From an uncultured Planctomycetaceae bacterium (lineage in GTDB: Bacteria > Planctomycetota > UBA8742 > UBA2392 > JABWBM01), in assembly GCA_964548115.1 (NCBI GenBank), contig CAZJPQ010000016.1, positions 4,591-68,590 on the forward strand: DNA of 64,000 bases, read 5' to 3'. This document shows, piece after piece, positions 37,202 to 46,349 of this stretch. Made by a program: the position numbers and the translations under genes. Position 1 is the stretch's first letter, and every line of letters begins with the position of its first letter. The notes beneath the pieces are model-generated. The model worked only from the letters and a program-made list of their open reading frames with translations, made no database searches and had not been told where the DNA came from.

Positions 37202-38266
37202 TCATGAAGAAGATGAAGAGTCTTTCCATAAAGCTTGTAGTTTTCTTACAAGCTTAAGGACTAGGGGAATTTCAAGTTCTTCAACCCGAGCTTTTGCTGG
37301 AACAGATTCTGAGGCTAAAAGCTCTTGGATGAGTTTTTGATCAAGTTTGAGCTCTTTGCGAATAATTGTTGCAATGCTTTTACGACGATAACGGAAAAGT
37401 ATTTGGATGAATGCTTTCATGCCAGAATAATCGTCTGTCGGTTGAAGGAATACTTCAGATTGTGGCAAGGGCAAGAGTTGTACCAGCATTGAGTCGATTT
37501 TTGGACGTGGCCAGAAGCATTCTGCTGGGACTTTTCGTAAGAGTTTCACGCGAGCAAAAAGCTGGGTTAAAAAAGCCAACATGCCCCACGTTTTCTGACC
37601 TGGTTGACTTATAAGCTTCTGTGCAACATCGAAAGGTAAAAGCAGGGTGGCAGAATGAAAATTCAGTCTTCCTGTATAGCTGTTCTCAAGCAAAGCAATC
37701 AAGAATGGAGAGCTGATAGAATACGGCAAGTTTGAAACAACTTTTAGCTTTTTAAAAACCGCAGCATTTTTGCTTGCTCCATGAGCTGAAAAAATCTTGT
37801 GTTGGAAATCAGGGTGAAGGTACGCTTGCTCATTCAGTTGTTGGGTTACTATTTCTGAGAATAAAGCCTTAGCCTGTGAGCTCTCAGTTTGTAGTGAAGA
37901 CTTCATCAGTGCGATTAAGAGTTGACAGACTTCTGGATTGAACTGGTTGTGTTGCGGAAGAATATCAAGATTCAGCAGCAAAAAATGCTGGGGAGATTGA
38001 AGGGTTTTCCAAAGAAAACGACTCATCCCCTGGTCAATCTCAACGCCAACGAGAAACTTTGCGCGAGCCAGTAGGAATTCTGTTAGCATTCCAGGACCAG
38101 GGCCAACCTCAAGTACAAGATCTTCTGCTTCAACTTGAGCCTCACGCACAATTGCTTCGAGGAGATGATGATCAAGAAGAAAGTTTTGCCCCCATTGTTT
38201 GCGGGGAGTGAGCCCTTGTGCTTCAAGTAAAGGAAGTAAACCTCGGCGTGTTTTAGGAATCAGCAT
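37202..38266 (-). CDS. rRNA adenine N6-dimethyltransferase family protein (KsgA/RsmA-like) with a roughly 70-aa internal insertion and a long C-terminal tail
   Basis: QWGQNFLLDHHLL...LEVGPGPGMLTEFL (SAM-binding) ... NLPYSISSPFL. The NLPY motif is displaced about 70 aa relative to canonical KsgA. Confidence 0.65.
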   Translation of the reverse strand: MLIPKTRRGLLPLLEAQGLTPRKQWGQNFLLDHHLLEAIVREAQVEAEDLVLEVGPGPGMLTEFLLARAKFLVGVEIDQGMSRFLWKTLQSPQHFLLLNLDILPQHNQFNPEVCQLLIALMKSSLQTESSQAKALFSEIVTQQLNEQAYLHPDFQHKIFSAHGASKNAAVFKKLKVVSNLPYSISSPFLIALLENSYTGRLNFHSATLLLPFDVAQKLISQPGQKTWGMLAFLTQLFARVKLLRKVPAECFWPRPKIDSMLVQLLPLPQSEVFLQPTDDYSGMKAFIQILFRYRRKSIATIIRKELKLDQKLIQELLASESVPAKARVEELEIPLVLKLVRKLQALWKDSSSSS

Positions 38267-38320
38267 AAAAATTACTTTATTCTAGAGCCTCTGTAGAATC
38301 TCAAGGCTGGAACGCTAAGG

Positions 38321-38587
38321 TTATGACGTAGAATGAGTTTTTTGCTTGAGGGCCTGATGAGCTTGTTCGTTTGCGAATAAACGTTCACGTACAATCCAAC
38401 CAAGTACAAAACCAAAGACTATTGTGAGAGGGATTGTAATCAGATGAATTCCCCAGGGAAATTCGCCTTTAGGCTCATAAACCGAAGGCTCCTGGTCCAA
38501 GACGGCTTGAGCAAATATTTGCTCTTGAAAAGACCAAAAATATAGAAGAGAGAGAGAAAATAAAAAGATCAAAGATTGTTTTTTCAT
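38321..38587 (-). CDS. Small membrane protein (88 aa): signal/TM helix plus a second TM helix
   Basis: Two hydrophobic helices (LIFLFSLSLLYFWSF and IHLITIPLTIVFGFVLGWIV). No recognised family. Confidence 0.4.
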   Translation of the reverse strand: MKKQSLIFLFSLSLLYFWSFQEQIFAQAVLDQEPSVYEPKGEFPWGIHLITIPLTIVFGFVLGWIVRERLFANEQAHQALKQKTHSTS

Positions 38588-38757
38588 GCTTTATAACAGA
38601 CTTTGAAAAGTGTTTTAGTCATAGCAACGTTCTATCAATAACCAGTACACGTTCTAGCAGCTTATGAGTCAATCAGCAAGCGCAAGATTGTTCTCCGCTT
38701 TTCTCAAGTCAAGCTCTCAAAACTATCAGCACCACTTCGGTGGAGTAAAACCTAAGA

Positions 38758-39258
38758 TTAGCAACAGCGGGGAGTATCCCGCAGAAGTTGAAAAACTTGC
38801 TCTTCATCGACCTTTGCTTGTCCTGAAAGCTTGTAAAAGACTTGGCCAGCCAGTGGGAAAAGGTTCTGCACACTTTCTTTTATTACTGCTTGTGAACCTT
38901 GTCTGCTATCTTCCAAGAACAAGATGTGGCGATAGTGTTGATTTTTGAGCTCTTGAACCTGACGGTTTTTTCTCCTTGTGCCAAGTTCTTCAAAACTCAG
39001 CAAGTCGGTTCGAACCTTTCCTTTGGTTTGTTCAAGAACCTGTTTAAGGCTCTCTGAAAAGCTTTGGGGATAAAGAATAAACCACTCTGAGCCTTGGATG
39101 AGTTTTTGAAAACGCTTCTGATCTTCAGACTTTAATGCTCTAGGGAAAGGTAAATCTTGATCTTCTTGTGATTTTTGAGGGACCAGCGCCATAAAACCTC
39201 TTCTTCTATCATGTGTATGTGGCATGTATGTGAAAATAATGAGTAGAGAGAAAACCAC
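38758..39258 (-). CDS. Hypothetical protein (166 aa)
   Basis: ORF only. Start uncertain; could be the internal MALVPQK. Confidence 0.3.
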   Translation of the reverse strand: MVFSLLIIFTYMPHTHDRRRGFMALVPQKSQEDQDLPFPRALKSEDQKRFQKLIQGSEWFILYPQSFSESLKQVLEQTKGKVRTDLLSFEELGTRRKNRQVQELKNQHYRHILFLEDSRQGSQAVIKESVQNLFPLAGQVFYKLSGQAKVDEEQVFQLLRDTPRCC

Positions 39259-39301
39259 TTACATTCATCGATTAAAAAAGACCTTGTTTATTAAAAAAAT
39301 C

Positions 39302-40567
39302 TTATTTATTGAGTTCTTTCTCAAATACTTCTAACTCTTGGGCTCGTTTTTGATTACCAAGTTGAAGTTCTGTTAAAATCAAGTTGCGTAGGGCATCACG
39401 ATCTTCGGAGTCGTACTTCAGAGCCTCTTCAAAACGCTGTTGAGCAAGAGAATAATTTTCTGCTCTGTAGGCAATGATTCCTTCTTGGATATAAGCTGTA
39501 GTTTGGGTTGGCTTTAAAGTTTTGGCTCGCATTAAATCTTGCGCTGCTGCTTGAGATTGCCCTATCAAGTCATAAAGATCAGCTCGCCGGCAATAAGCGT
39601 GATAAAAGTCGGGGTTAAGTCGCAAGCTTTCGTTAAGGTCGAATAAGGCTTGATCAAAAGATTCTGAGCGTTGAAATTTCATTAGAACGCCTGCCCTATT
39701 ATAACGAGCTTCAAGGTTCTTTGGGCTTAGCTCAATGGCTTGATTGAAAGCCTCAAGGGCTGCATCATGATAGTTCGCAAGGGCTGCTAATCCTCCAAGA
39801 TTATTGAACAAGGTTGAAAAAATACTTTCACGGTTAAGCTTTGTCAGGTAGACGCCATGTTTCTCAACGGCCTCTCGAGCAAATGTATAGGAACTGTAAA
39901 GTTCTACGTAAGAACGAGGACGCCCACCTTTTGTTGTTTCTATAATTTGTTCTTTCTCTTTTTCCTCGCTCATAACAGCAAAATGTCGAGGCAAACGTAC
40001 CGCGGCAAGCTTAATGCCAACTCTTTCTGCCAGTACTAAATAGACCATAGAGAGCGTGACACAGTAACCTCGCTTCCGAGCAAGGACGCGATCAAAGAAA
40101 AGGTTCTCCGGATTTAATCCACTGGCATCCTGATGATCAAAAGCAAAGCCTAATTGATCATGAATGAAAGAACGCAGCACATAGATACGCGCATTCTCGC
40201 CCCTTACCCCATGAAGTTGGAATGCAAGCTTATCCGCCCAGGCATCCAATACCGTAAGCCAGCCTTCGACATCAACGTTTTCCGAGCCATAACGATCTGC
40301 AAAAAGCAAAAGAGAGAGTGCTAAATCAAATTCTGCTTCGGGCAAAGCAAGGGAGCCTTCAAAGTTTCTGGTTTTTGGGTAGGTCTTGTGGGGAGATGGT
40401 GATACTTCTCGGTCCCATGGAGTTTCTTGGCTTAAAACCTGGTGGACGTGATACTGGGATCTTTCAATATCAGCTTGATGAGCACATCCGAAGAGACAAG
40501 ATATGCAAGCACAATGTATAAAAAGCAAACGTAGAATGAAGACAATCTTTATTTCAAAGATTTTCAT
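39302..40567 (-). CDS. Transglutaminase-like domain protein with C-terminal TPR repeats (SirB1-like)
   Basis: N-terminal signal/TM helix. GYCVTLSMVYLVLAERVGIKLAAVRLPRHFAV is the transglutaminase-like Cys core. At least four TPR motifs follow (ALEAFNQAIELSP, AYCRRADLYDLIGQ, and others). Confidence 0.65.
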   Translation of the reverse strand: MKIFEIKIVFILRLLFIHCACISCLFGCAHQADIERSQYHVHQVLSQETPWDREVSPSPHKTYPKTRNFEGSLALPEAEFDLALSLLLFADRYGSENVDVEGWLTVLDAWADKLAFQLHGVRGENARIYVLRSFIHDQLGFAFDHQDASGLNPENLFFDRVLARKRGYCVTLSMVYLVLAERVGIKLAAVRLPRHFAVMSEEKEKEQIIETTKGGRPRSYVELYSSYTFAREAVEKHGVYLTKLNRESIFSTLFNNLGGLAALANYHDAALEAFNQAIELSPKNLEARYNRAGVLMKFQRSESFDQALFDLNESLRLNPDFYHAYCRRADLYDLIGQSQAAAQDLMRAKTLKPTQTTAYIQEGIIAYRAENYSLAQQRFEEALKYDSEDRDALRNLILTELQLGNQKRAQELEVFEKELNK

Positions 40568-40845
40568 GCTCTCGTACTCGCAGGAAGGGGATTTTTCAGG
40601 GCTTCTTCACTGGAAATGACAAAGGAGTTGAAAGCTTTTTAAACTCTTGTTTTCACTTCTTGATCTTATTGTAAAACAATTAAGATCAAACAGAAAGCTT
40701 GAATTTTTGAGAATGGTTTATAAATACGGTATAAGACCTTTGCTCAAAGAATGATATCATTAGTCTACTCACAAGAGACAAAGCTCTCTCATGGAAGCTT
40801 TGCTCAATAATACGCGATAGGCATGTAAAAGAAAAATTGGGAACC

Positions 40846-41616
40846 ATGGCAGGTCATAATAAATGGTCAAAAGTAAAACACCGCAAAGCACGAGTCGATA
40901 AAAAACGCTCTAAGATTTGGAGTGCTATTGCTCGAGATATCATTTTTTCAGCTCGGGCTAAAGGTGGAGATCCAAACACAAACCTCAAGCTCAAGTATGC
41001 CATTGACGAGGCAAAACGTAATAATATGCCTCTTGATACGATTGATCGAGCAATTAAACGCGGGACGGGAGAACTTGCGGGAGCAGACCCGGAAGAAGTC
41101 ATTTATGAAGGCTATGCTCCTGGAGGCGTTGCTTTGTTAGTGATGGCTTTGACTGATAATCGTAACCGTACTGCTCCGCTTGTTAAACGAGCTTTTGAAA
41201 AAAACGCTGGGAAGATTGGTGAGCCTGGCAGTGTTCAATATCTCTTTGAAACAAAAGGGCGAATCCAGATAGCCAAAAAAAGCGTTCAAGACTTGGGTTT
41301 CACCGAAGACGAGCTTTTAGAAATAGTCCTTGAGGCTGGAGCAGAAGAGCTTGAAGGAGAAGATAGTGATTCCTATGAAATCCTCTCAAACCCTTCTGAC
41401 TTCGAAGCAATCAAGGATGTTTTAAGGGGTAAAACAATTCAGTGGGAAGTTGCAGAGCGCGCCTTTCTTCCAAGCGCAACGATTATGCTTGATCTAGAAA
41501 ATGCTCGCCAAGTTTTGAGCTTGATCGACGATCTTGAAGAGGAAGACGATGTTCAAAGTGTGGCAGGAAATTTTGACATTCCAGAAGAAATTATAAAAGA
41601 ACTTACAGCGAGCTGA
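40846..41616 (+). CDS. yebC: YebC/PmpR-family transcriptional regulator
   Basis: MAGHNKWSKVKHRKARVDKKRSKIWS is the canonical YebC N-terminus. The listed ORF begins at a TTG 9 nt upstream; the ATG was chosen. Confidence 0.9.
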   Translation: MAGHNKWSKVKHRKARVDKKRSKIWSAIARDIIFSARAKGGDPNTNLKLKYAIDEAKRNNMPLDTIDRAIKRGTGELAGADPEEVIYEGYAPGGVALLVMALTDNRNRTAPLVKRAFEKNAGKIGEPGSVQYLFETKGRIQIAKKSVQDLGFTEDELLEIVLEAGAEELEGEDSDSYEILSNPSDFEAIKDVLRGKTIQWEVAERAFLPSATIMLDLENARQVLSLIDDLEEEDDVQSVAGNFDIPEEIIKELTAS

Positions 41617-41691
41617 TGATACTCTACCTTGCAAGAAGCAAGAAGCGCTTTTCTCTCTATAAAAAAATAGGATCTTTTAAGGAAGAAACAG

Positions 41692-42354
41692 ATGGCTCAA
41701 GATGATAAACAACCCATAGGTTCAGAAGAGCCTTCTTCTTCTGATGCAAGTAGGGAGCCTCAAAAACAAGAAGAGAAACAGGAAGAGAAAAAGGAAGTCC
41801 CAGGCAATGTGAAATTATTGGGGGTTGCCGGCCTGTGCAAAGGTGAAGAGTTCAGTATTACGCTTGGCCAGGAAGTTTTAGTTGGGCGCTCTCGGGAGTG
41901 CGATATTTGTCTGCATGACCTTCCCAAAGTTCAAAAGCTTGAAGAGCAAAATAAAACAAATAAAATTGTTGAAGAGCATTTTCGAACCGTGAGTCGTAAG
42001 CATTTGCGTATTCGCTACCATTCCTGCTATAAGATTGAATTGGAAGATCTTTCATCGAATGGTCTTTATCTTGATGGTAAGCTTGTTGACGGTTCTCTTA
42101 TAATTCAAGACTTAATGGATGCTCCTCGTGAGTTAAGGCTGGGGAAAAAAGAGACCTTTGCTCTTGATTGGTGGAAGCTCTTGCCAAAATCTCAAGTCCC
42201 GATGGTCAAGATCAAGGTTAAACGTAAATCGAAGTCAGCCGAAGGACCAAGTCCAGAAAAATCAGATCAAGAAAGTGAGAATGAAGCTGAAAAACCAGAA
42301 GAGAATAAACAATCAAAGGAACCCCTTGAAGCTTCTTCCGAGCAATCAGAATAA
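41692..42354 (+). CDS. FHA-domain protein with Lys/Glu-rich termini
   Basis: FHA core: ITLGQEVLVGRSRECDICL...VSRKHLRIRY...IELEDLSSNGLYLDGKLV. A candidate phospho-Thr-binding partner for the Ser/Thr kinase. Confidence 0.75.
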   Translation: MAQDDKQPIGSEEPSSSDASREPQKQEEKQEEKKEVPGNVKLLGVAGLCKGEEFSITLGQEVLVGRSRECDICLHDLPKVQKLEEQNKTNKIVEEHFRTVSRKHLRIRYHSCYKIELEDLSSNGLYLDGKLVDGSLIIQDLMDAPRELRLGKKETFALDWWKLLPKSQVPMVKIKVKRKSKSAEGPSPEKSDQESENEAEKPEENKQSKEPLEASSEQSE

Positions 42355-42466
42355 ATAGATCAATTGCGAATCCCTTTATTTGCAGTACTCGTATTTTTGC
42401 CATATACATGGGCTGTGAAAGTTTCAATTTTTTATAAAAACAATTGAGCTCAAAGTGTTTGAATCT

Positions 42467-42955
42467 ATGGATATACGAATTGGTCAAGGATTTGATATTC
42501 ATGCACTGGTCCAGGGGCGGGCGTGTATTCTTGGTGGAGTTAAGATTCCATTTGAACTTGGCTGTGCAGGTCACTCTGATGCTGATCCCCTTACTCATGC
42601 CGTTATTGATGCCTTGCTCGGAGCTGCTGGTTTAGGCGATATTGGTGAGCATTTCCCTGATCACGACCCCCGTTATAAGGATGTCAAAAGTACACTGCTG
42701 CTTGAAGAAGTTGTAAATGCTGTTTTGAAAGATGGTTGGAGCATCTTGAATCTTGATGCGTCAGTACTTGCTGAGGCCCCAAAGCTTGCTGCCCATAAGC
42801 CTCGGATCAAAGCAAACCTTGCCCAATATTTGGGTATTCCTCAGGAACAAGTGAACATTAAAGCAAAAACTATGGAAGGTTTCGATGCCGTTGGTCGCAA
42901 TCAGGCTATAGCGGTGCATTGTAATCTGCTTTTAATGAAAGCTTCAGGCTTTTAG
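42467..42955 (+). CDS. ispF: 2-C-methyl-D-erythritol 2,4-cyclodiphosphate synthase (IspF)
   Basis: MDIRIGQGFDIHALV...GHSDADPLTHAVIDALLGAAGLGDIGEHFP are the IspF metal- and substrate-binding motifs. Confidence 0.9.
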   Translation: MDIRIGQGFDIHALVQGRACILGGVKIPFELGCAGHSDADPLTHAVIDALLGAAGLGDIGEHFPDHDPRYKDVKSTLLLEEVVNAVLKDGWSILNLDASVLAEAPKLAAHKPRIKANLAQYLGIPQEQVNIKAKTMEGFDAVGRNQAIAVHCNLLLMKASGF

Positions 42956-43261
42956 AGGATAGAATCTCTTTTAAACGAAACTTTCCTGCCTGGAGATAGA
43001 ATGCCTTTTTACAGAAGAGTTAGAAAGCAGGAAGCTTTAAACCGCAAAATTCTGCTTATTGAGCTTCTCAAGGCCATGACAGAAGGATGAATATTTTTTG
43101 TTACGTTTCAAAAAAATCTATAGTGTATAATGAAGTCTTGGCAAGTGTTTGTTCATGTAGGATAGCTTCTGCTTGTTATGGGTGTTTTAAAGTCACGCAT
43201 TATGAATGTAGGCAACAACTCCCTTAGGTTATCTGATAGGTATATGGTGAGGAAAATAACA

Positions 43262-43702
43262 ATGAAATCAAATCCTTTTGTAATTGCATGTGCTTTTATG
43301 CTTGGTTCTTTGGTTGCTCTTGCTTTTGCGCATACTTGGAATCAAGGCATCGAAGCTCAGCAAGCTGGCGTTGGTGGAGTCAAAAATGTCTCGGCTCTTA
43401 CTTTAACAACGGATTCAGACAAAGAAGTTTTAATTGTTTTTAAAGAGGTCAAAAACCTGCTTGCTGAAGGTAGTGAAGATGAAAACATCACTGGAATGGC
43501 TGTCTATGAATTCGATTCCAAGGGGAACAGAAAGGGGAATATGGTCCTTCTTTCTACTCGTTATATTGATTATGACCTTGCTCAATATGAGTATAATAAT
43601 GAAAAAGGCGATATGCTTAGCGTTCTGGACATGAAAGAGAATTTGGAAAAAGCTCTCAAAGAGATTGAGTCTCGCCAAGAAAAGAAGAACAAAAAAAGAT
43701 AA
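43262..43702 (+). CDS. Small secreted hypothetical protein (about 147 aa) with a Lys-rich C-terminus
   Basis: Signal peptide MKSNPFVIACAFMLGSLVALAFA after a GAGGAAA RBS. No family recognised. Confidence 0.5.
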   Translation: MKSNPFVIACAFMLGSLVALAFAHTWNQGIEAQQAGVGGVKNVSALTLTTDSDKEVLIVFKEVKNLLAEGSEDENITGMAVYEFDSKGNRKGNMVLLSTRYIDYDLAQYEYNNEKGDMLSVLDMKENLEKALKEIESRQEKKNKKR

Positions 43703-43766
43703 AGCGATAAAGCATAGAAAAACAAAGAGTGCTGTTTAAAGCAAGACATTTAAAGAAACAGGTGTA

Positions 43767-44984
43767 ATGATGACCGAATACGAATCCTTTGACGAAGTTG
43801 CAAAGCAGCTTGAGATTGATGATGATGACCTCAAGCAGCTTGTTTCGGAAGGTTCCCTGAGAGCCTATCGTGATGAAAACGACATGAAGTTTCGCAAGGA
43901 GGACGTTGAATCAGTTCGTCGTTCTAAAAGCTTAAGCGATCTTGGTAGTCAGCCTACGCTTGAAACCTCTGAACTTGATTTTGTCGGTGAAGAATCCAAG
44001 TTAGAGCTGATAGAAGAGACAGATGAAACCCTTCTGGATGTCAATGATTTAGCGGAAGATGTCGATTTCGAAGACACTGGTGCTACCAGTTTGCCTACGG
44101 TTGAACTTGAAGGTGAGGACGATGACGATGAGGCTTTGACAGAAGAGTTGATTTTTGAAGATGTTGAAGAGCTTAACGATGCTGATGCAACAATTGCAAT
44201 AAGCGATGATGAACTTTCTTTAGATGATGATGATCTTGAGCTTTCAACTGAACCGTTGGAAACACTGTCTCTTGATGGAGGAGCAACTCTTGTTGAGGGC
44301 GAAGAACTTACTTTGGGAGAAGATGATTTAGATTTTTCTGCTCCGGACCTTGAACTTGGCGGCGAAGGAGACGCAACACAAGCTTTTCCAGCGGGCGACA
44401 CAGCTTATGATCAAACTCAAGTTGGAGGTGGAAGTGGCAGTTTCGTGGTTCCTTCTCCACCACCAATGGTGAGTCCTAAAATTCAGGTTCAGGAAAAAAT
44501 AAAATATGTCGAAATTTTGCCCTCCGAGAGCTGGGGAACAAGAGTCATTGCAGGCATTTTGCTTTTGCTGGTCCTTTTGCCAATTGTTGGGGCTATGATA
44601 GGAATCTTGGAAAAAGACGAATCTTATCTTGGAACTGCGGGGATTGGATTTTCGCTGTATTCAAGCTCCCAGGCAAATAATCCCAAAACCCAAAAACTTG
44701 GACTGAGACCAGATAAATCGCTCAGCGACCCTGACTATGATAACCCTGCCCATTGGCTTTTAACTGTGAACCCAAACGATGGTGAGGCCGTTATTGCTCC
44801 AGGCATGCATATTGTTCGAACCTATGATGACGGTAAGTTCCCAGTTAAGGGAAATTCGGCCTTTAATGACCCAAGGTTTCGCTATACTCCAGAGCAAATG
44901 AAAGAAGAGAGTGAAATCCCAGAGGATTTCCGTCGTCACCTTTTGCTGCCAACAGCTTCAAAAAACAGCACCCCTTCCTCTTAG
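43767..44984 (+). CDS. Single-pass membrane protein: N-terminal excisionase/MerR-like HTH_17-type helix-turn-helix, long acidic disordered region, TM helix, 120-aa C-terminal extracytoplasmic domain
   Basis: SFDEVAKQLEIDDDDLKQLVSEGSLRAYRDENDMKFRKEDVESV fits the HTH_17 pattern (..lgvs..tvyrlv..G.lpa.r.g...rf...dve.). About 190 aa of D/E-rich sequence. TM helix VIAGILLLLVLLPIVGAMIGIL. Confidence 0.5.
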   Translation: MMTEYESFDEVAKQLEIDDDDLKQLVSEGSLRAYRDENDMKFRKEDVESVRRSKSLSDLGSQPTLETSELDFVGEESKLELIEETDETLLDVNDLAEDVDFEDTGATSLPTVELEGEDDDDEALTEELIFEDVEELNDADATIAISDDELSLDDDDLELSTEPLETLSLDGGATLVEGEELTLGEDDLDFSAPDLELGGEGDATQAFPAGDTAYDQTQVGGGSGSFVVPSPPPMVSPKIQVQEKIKYVEILPSESWGTRVIAGILLLLVLLPIVGAMIGILEKDESYLGTAGIGFSLYSSSQANNPKTQKLGLRPDKSLSDPDYDNPAHWLLTVNPNDGEAVIAPGMHIVRTYDDGKFPVKGNSAFNDPRFRYTPEQMKEESEIPEDFRRHLLLPTASKNSTPSS

Positions 44985-45054
44985 GGAGAGGGGGGTGTTG
45001 GTTGTGGTCCATGTAGGATTGGAAAGTTTTTACTCAGGAAGCTCTTATTTCTTC

Positions 45055-45618
45055 TCAGCTAATGTCACGCTGGTCTTTGATCATACGTTCTCGCAAAGCT
45101 AGAATCAGCTCAATTTCACCGATTTGAAGACCTGTGTCGTGGCTAATCTCTTGAATTGTTTGTCCTCGATCAAACGCATCATAAACTTTTCGATGTGTGC
45201 GTTTTACCAAAGCCTCGGAGGCTGTTCGGAAGTTAACAATGCGCCCAGGTTCTTCGGATTTATTTGAGGGGGCTGATGCTTCTTTGTGCTCTCTGGTCTC
45301 TTCTTCCATTTCCTGGATAAGCTTGCTTAGTTCTGTCTGCTTATCCGTCGCTTCTTCAATCAGGCTTTGAACTTGATGAGCATACTTATCTGAACGAGAA
45401 CTGATGTCTTCAATCAGTTCAGATAGAGCTTCCACCGCCTTATCTATGGTGCGCCAGTATTCACTTTGAGCCTGTTGCTTGCGAAGTTCATTCTCAACGG
45501 CAAGGCGTGACTTTCGAATAGAATTCCGAAGCGCGCTGACAAGCAACACTACACCTGCGATTAAAAAGGTTAAAGCTGCGACCCAGTTTAATATTTCACT
45601 TGCAGCTAAAAAAATCAT
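45055..45618 (-). CDS. Hypothetical membrane-anchored coiled-coil protein with a C-terminal HTH-like segment (187 aa)
   Basis: N-terminal TM helix (WVAALTFLIAGVVLLVSAL), a central coiled coil, and C-terminal GQTIQEISHDTGLQIGEIELILALRE, which resembles a sigma region 4 or LuxR-type HTH. Confidence 0.45.
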   Translation of the reverse strand: MIFLAASEILNWVAALTFLIAGVVLLVSALRNSIRKSRLAVENELRKQQAQSEYWRTIDKAVEALSELIEDISSRSDKYAHQVQSLIEEATDKQTELSKLIQEMEEETREHKEASAPSNKSEEPGRIVNFRTASEALVKRTHRKVYDAFDRGQTIQEISHDTGLQIGEIELILALRERMIKDQRDIS

Positions 45619-45664
45619 AAAACAAACCCTTTATAAACAATCACAATGACCAATAAGCCATCAT

Positions 45665-45973
45665 TTATATATCTTTGTCCTTGAGGCTTAAACTTTTAAG
45701 CTCTTGTACTTTACGATCCGCATCCTCAAGTAAACGTGCTAAAGAACGAACACGAGTGTCAATGCGGCCAAAAAGCTGACGAGCTGTTTCTTCAAGCTCC
45801 AAAAGTCCCTCTTCGACACGCTCAAGAGTACGAACTTCTTGTTCTTTGACAAGTTGTTTCGAGTTCAGGGTCCTTGAAATTTTTGGCTTCACAAAGCGTG
45901 GTAAAAAAAGCGAGGCAAGCACAAGAATAAAACCCACCAGAATAATGATCATTGTTACTAAATCATCAAACAT
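45665..45973 (-). CDS. Small membrane-anchored coiled-coil protein (102 aa), same architecture as the N-terminal half of the downstream 187-aa protein
   Basis: TM helix MIIILVGFILVLASLFL followed by an Arg/Glu/Leu-rich coiled coil. Confidence 0.4.
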   Translation of the reverse strand: MFDDLVTMIIILVGFILVLASLFLPRFVKPKISRTLNSKQLVKEQEVRTLERVEEGLLELEETARQLFGRIDTRVRSLARLLEDADRKVQELKSLSLKDKDI

Positions 45974-46349
45974 ATTACACTCCAGGTTTTTTAAGCTTGC
46001 TTCTGAGCTTGAAGGGTTGGGGTCATAATAAAGACGTCTTTATAAGCTCTCTTACTTCTATAAGGTTTCATATGTCTCGTACGTTTTGCTCTAACTAAGG
46101 TAGTTTTGAACTGAAATAACCACAATCATAATTTAAGTCCTTGAGGCTTATTTTACTAAAATACCATATCAGGTGACAGTTTTTATGAAATAAAGGTTGA
46201 AATCCTTGATCATTAAGTTGAAGAAATTCTAGAAGGATATGAAATAAGGCTGGCTCCCCCCCATTCGCCTCATATAATAAGAGATTACGACAAAAATTGA
46301 ATTTTTGTTATTTTCTGTGGTTTACTCTATTTTATATAGATAATACTTT

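Noticed and set aside
42960-43060. Inverted repeat CTTTCCTGC...GCAGGAAG downstream of ispF
   Set aside because: 7-bp arms separated by about 40 nt with no T-run. Unlikely to be a terminator or a specific site.
46029-46349. TPP riboswitch upstream of dxs
   Set aside because: No CUGAGA or ACCUGAUCUGGAUAAUGCCAGCG-like core. Only a vague ACCATATCAGGTGAC resemblance.
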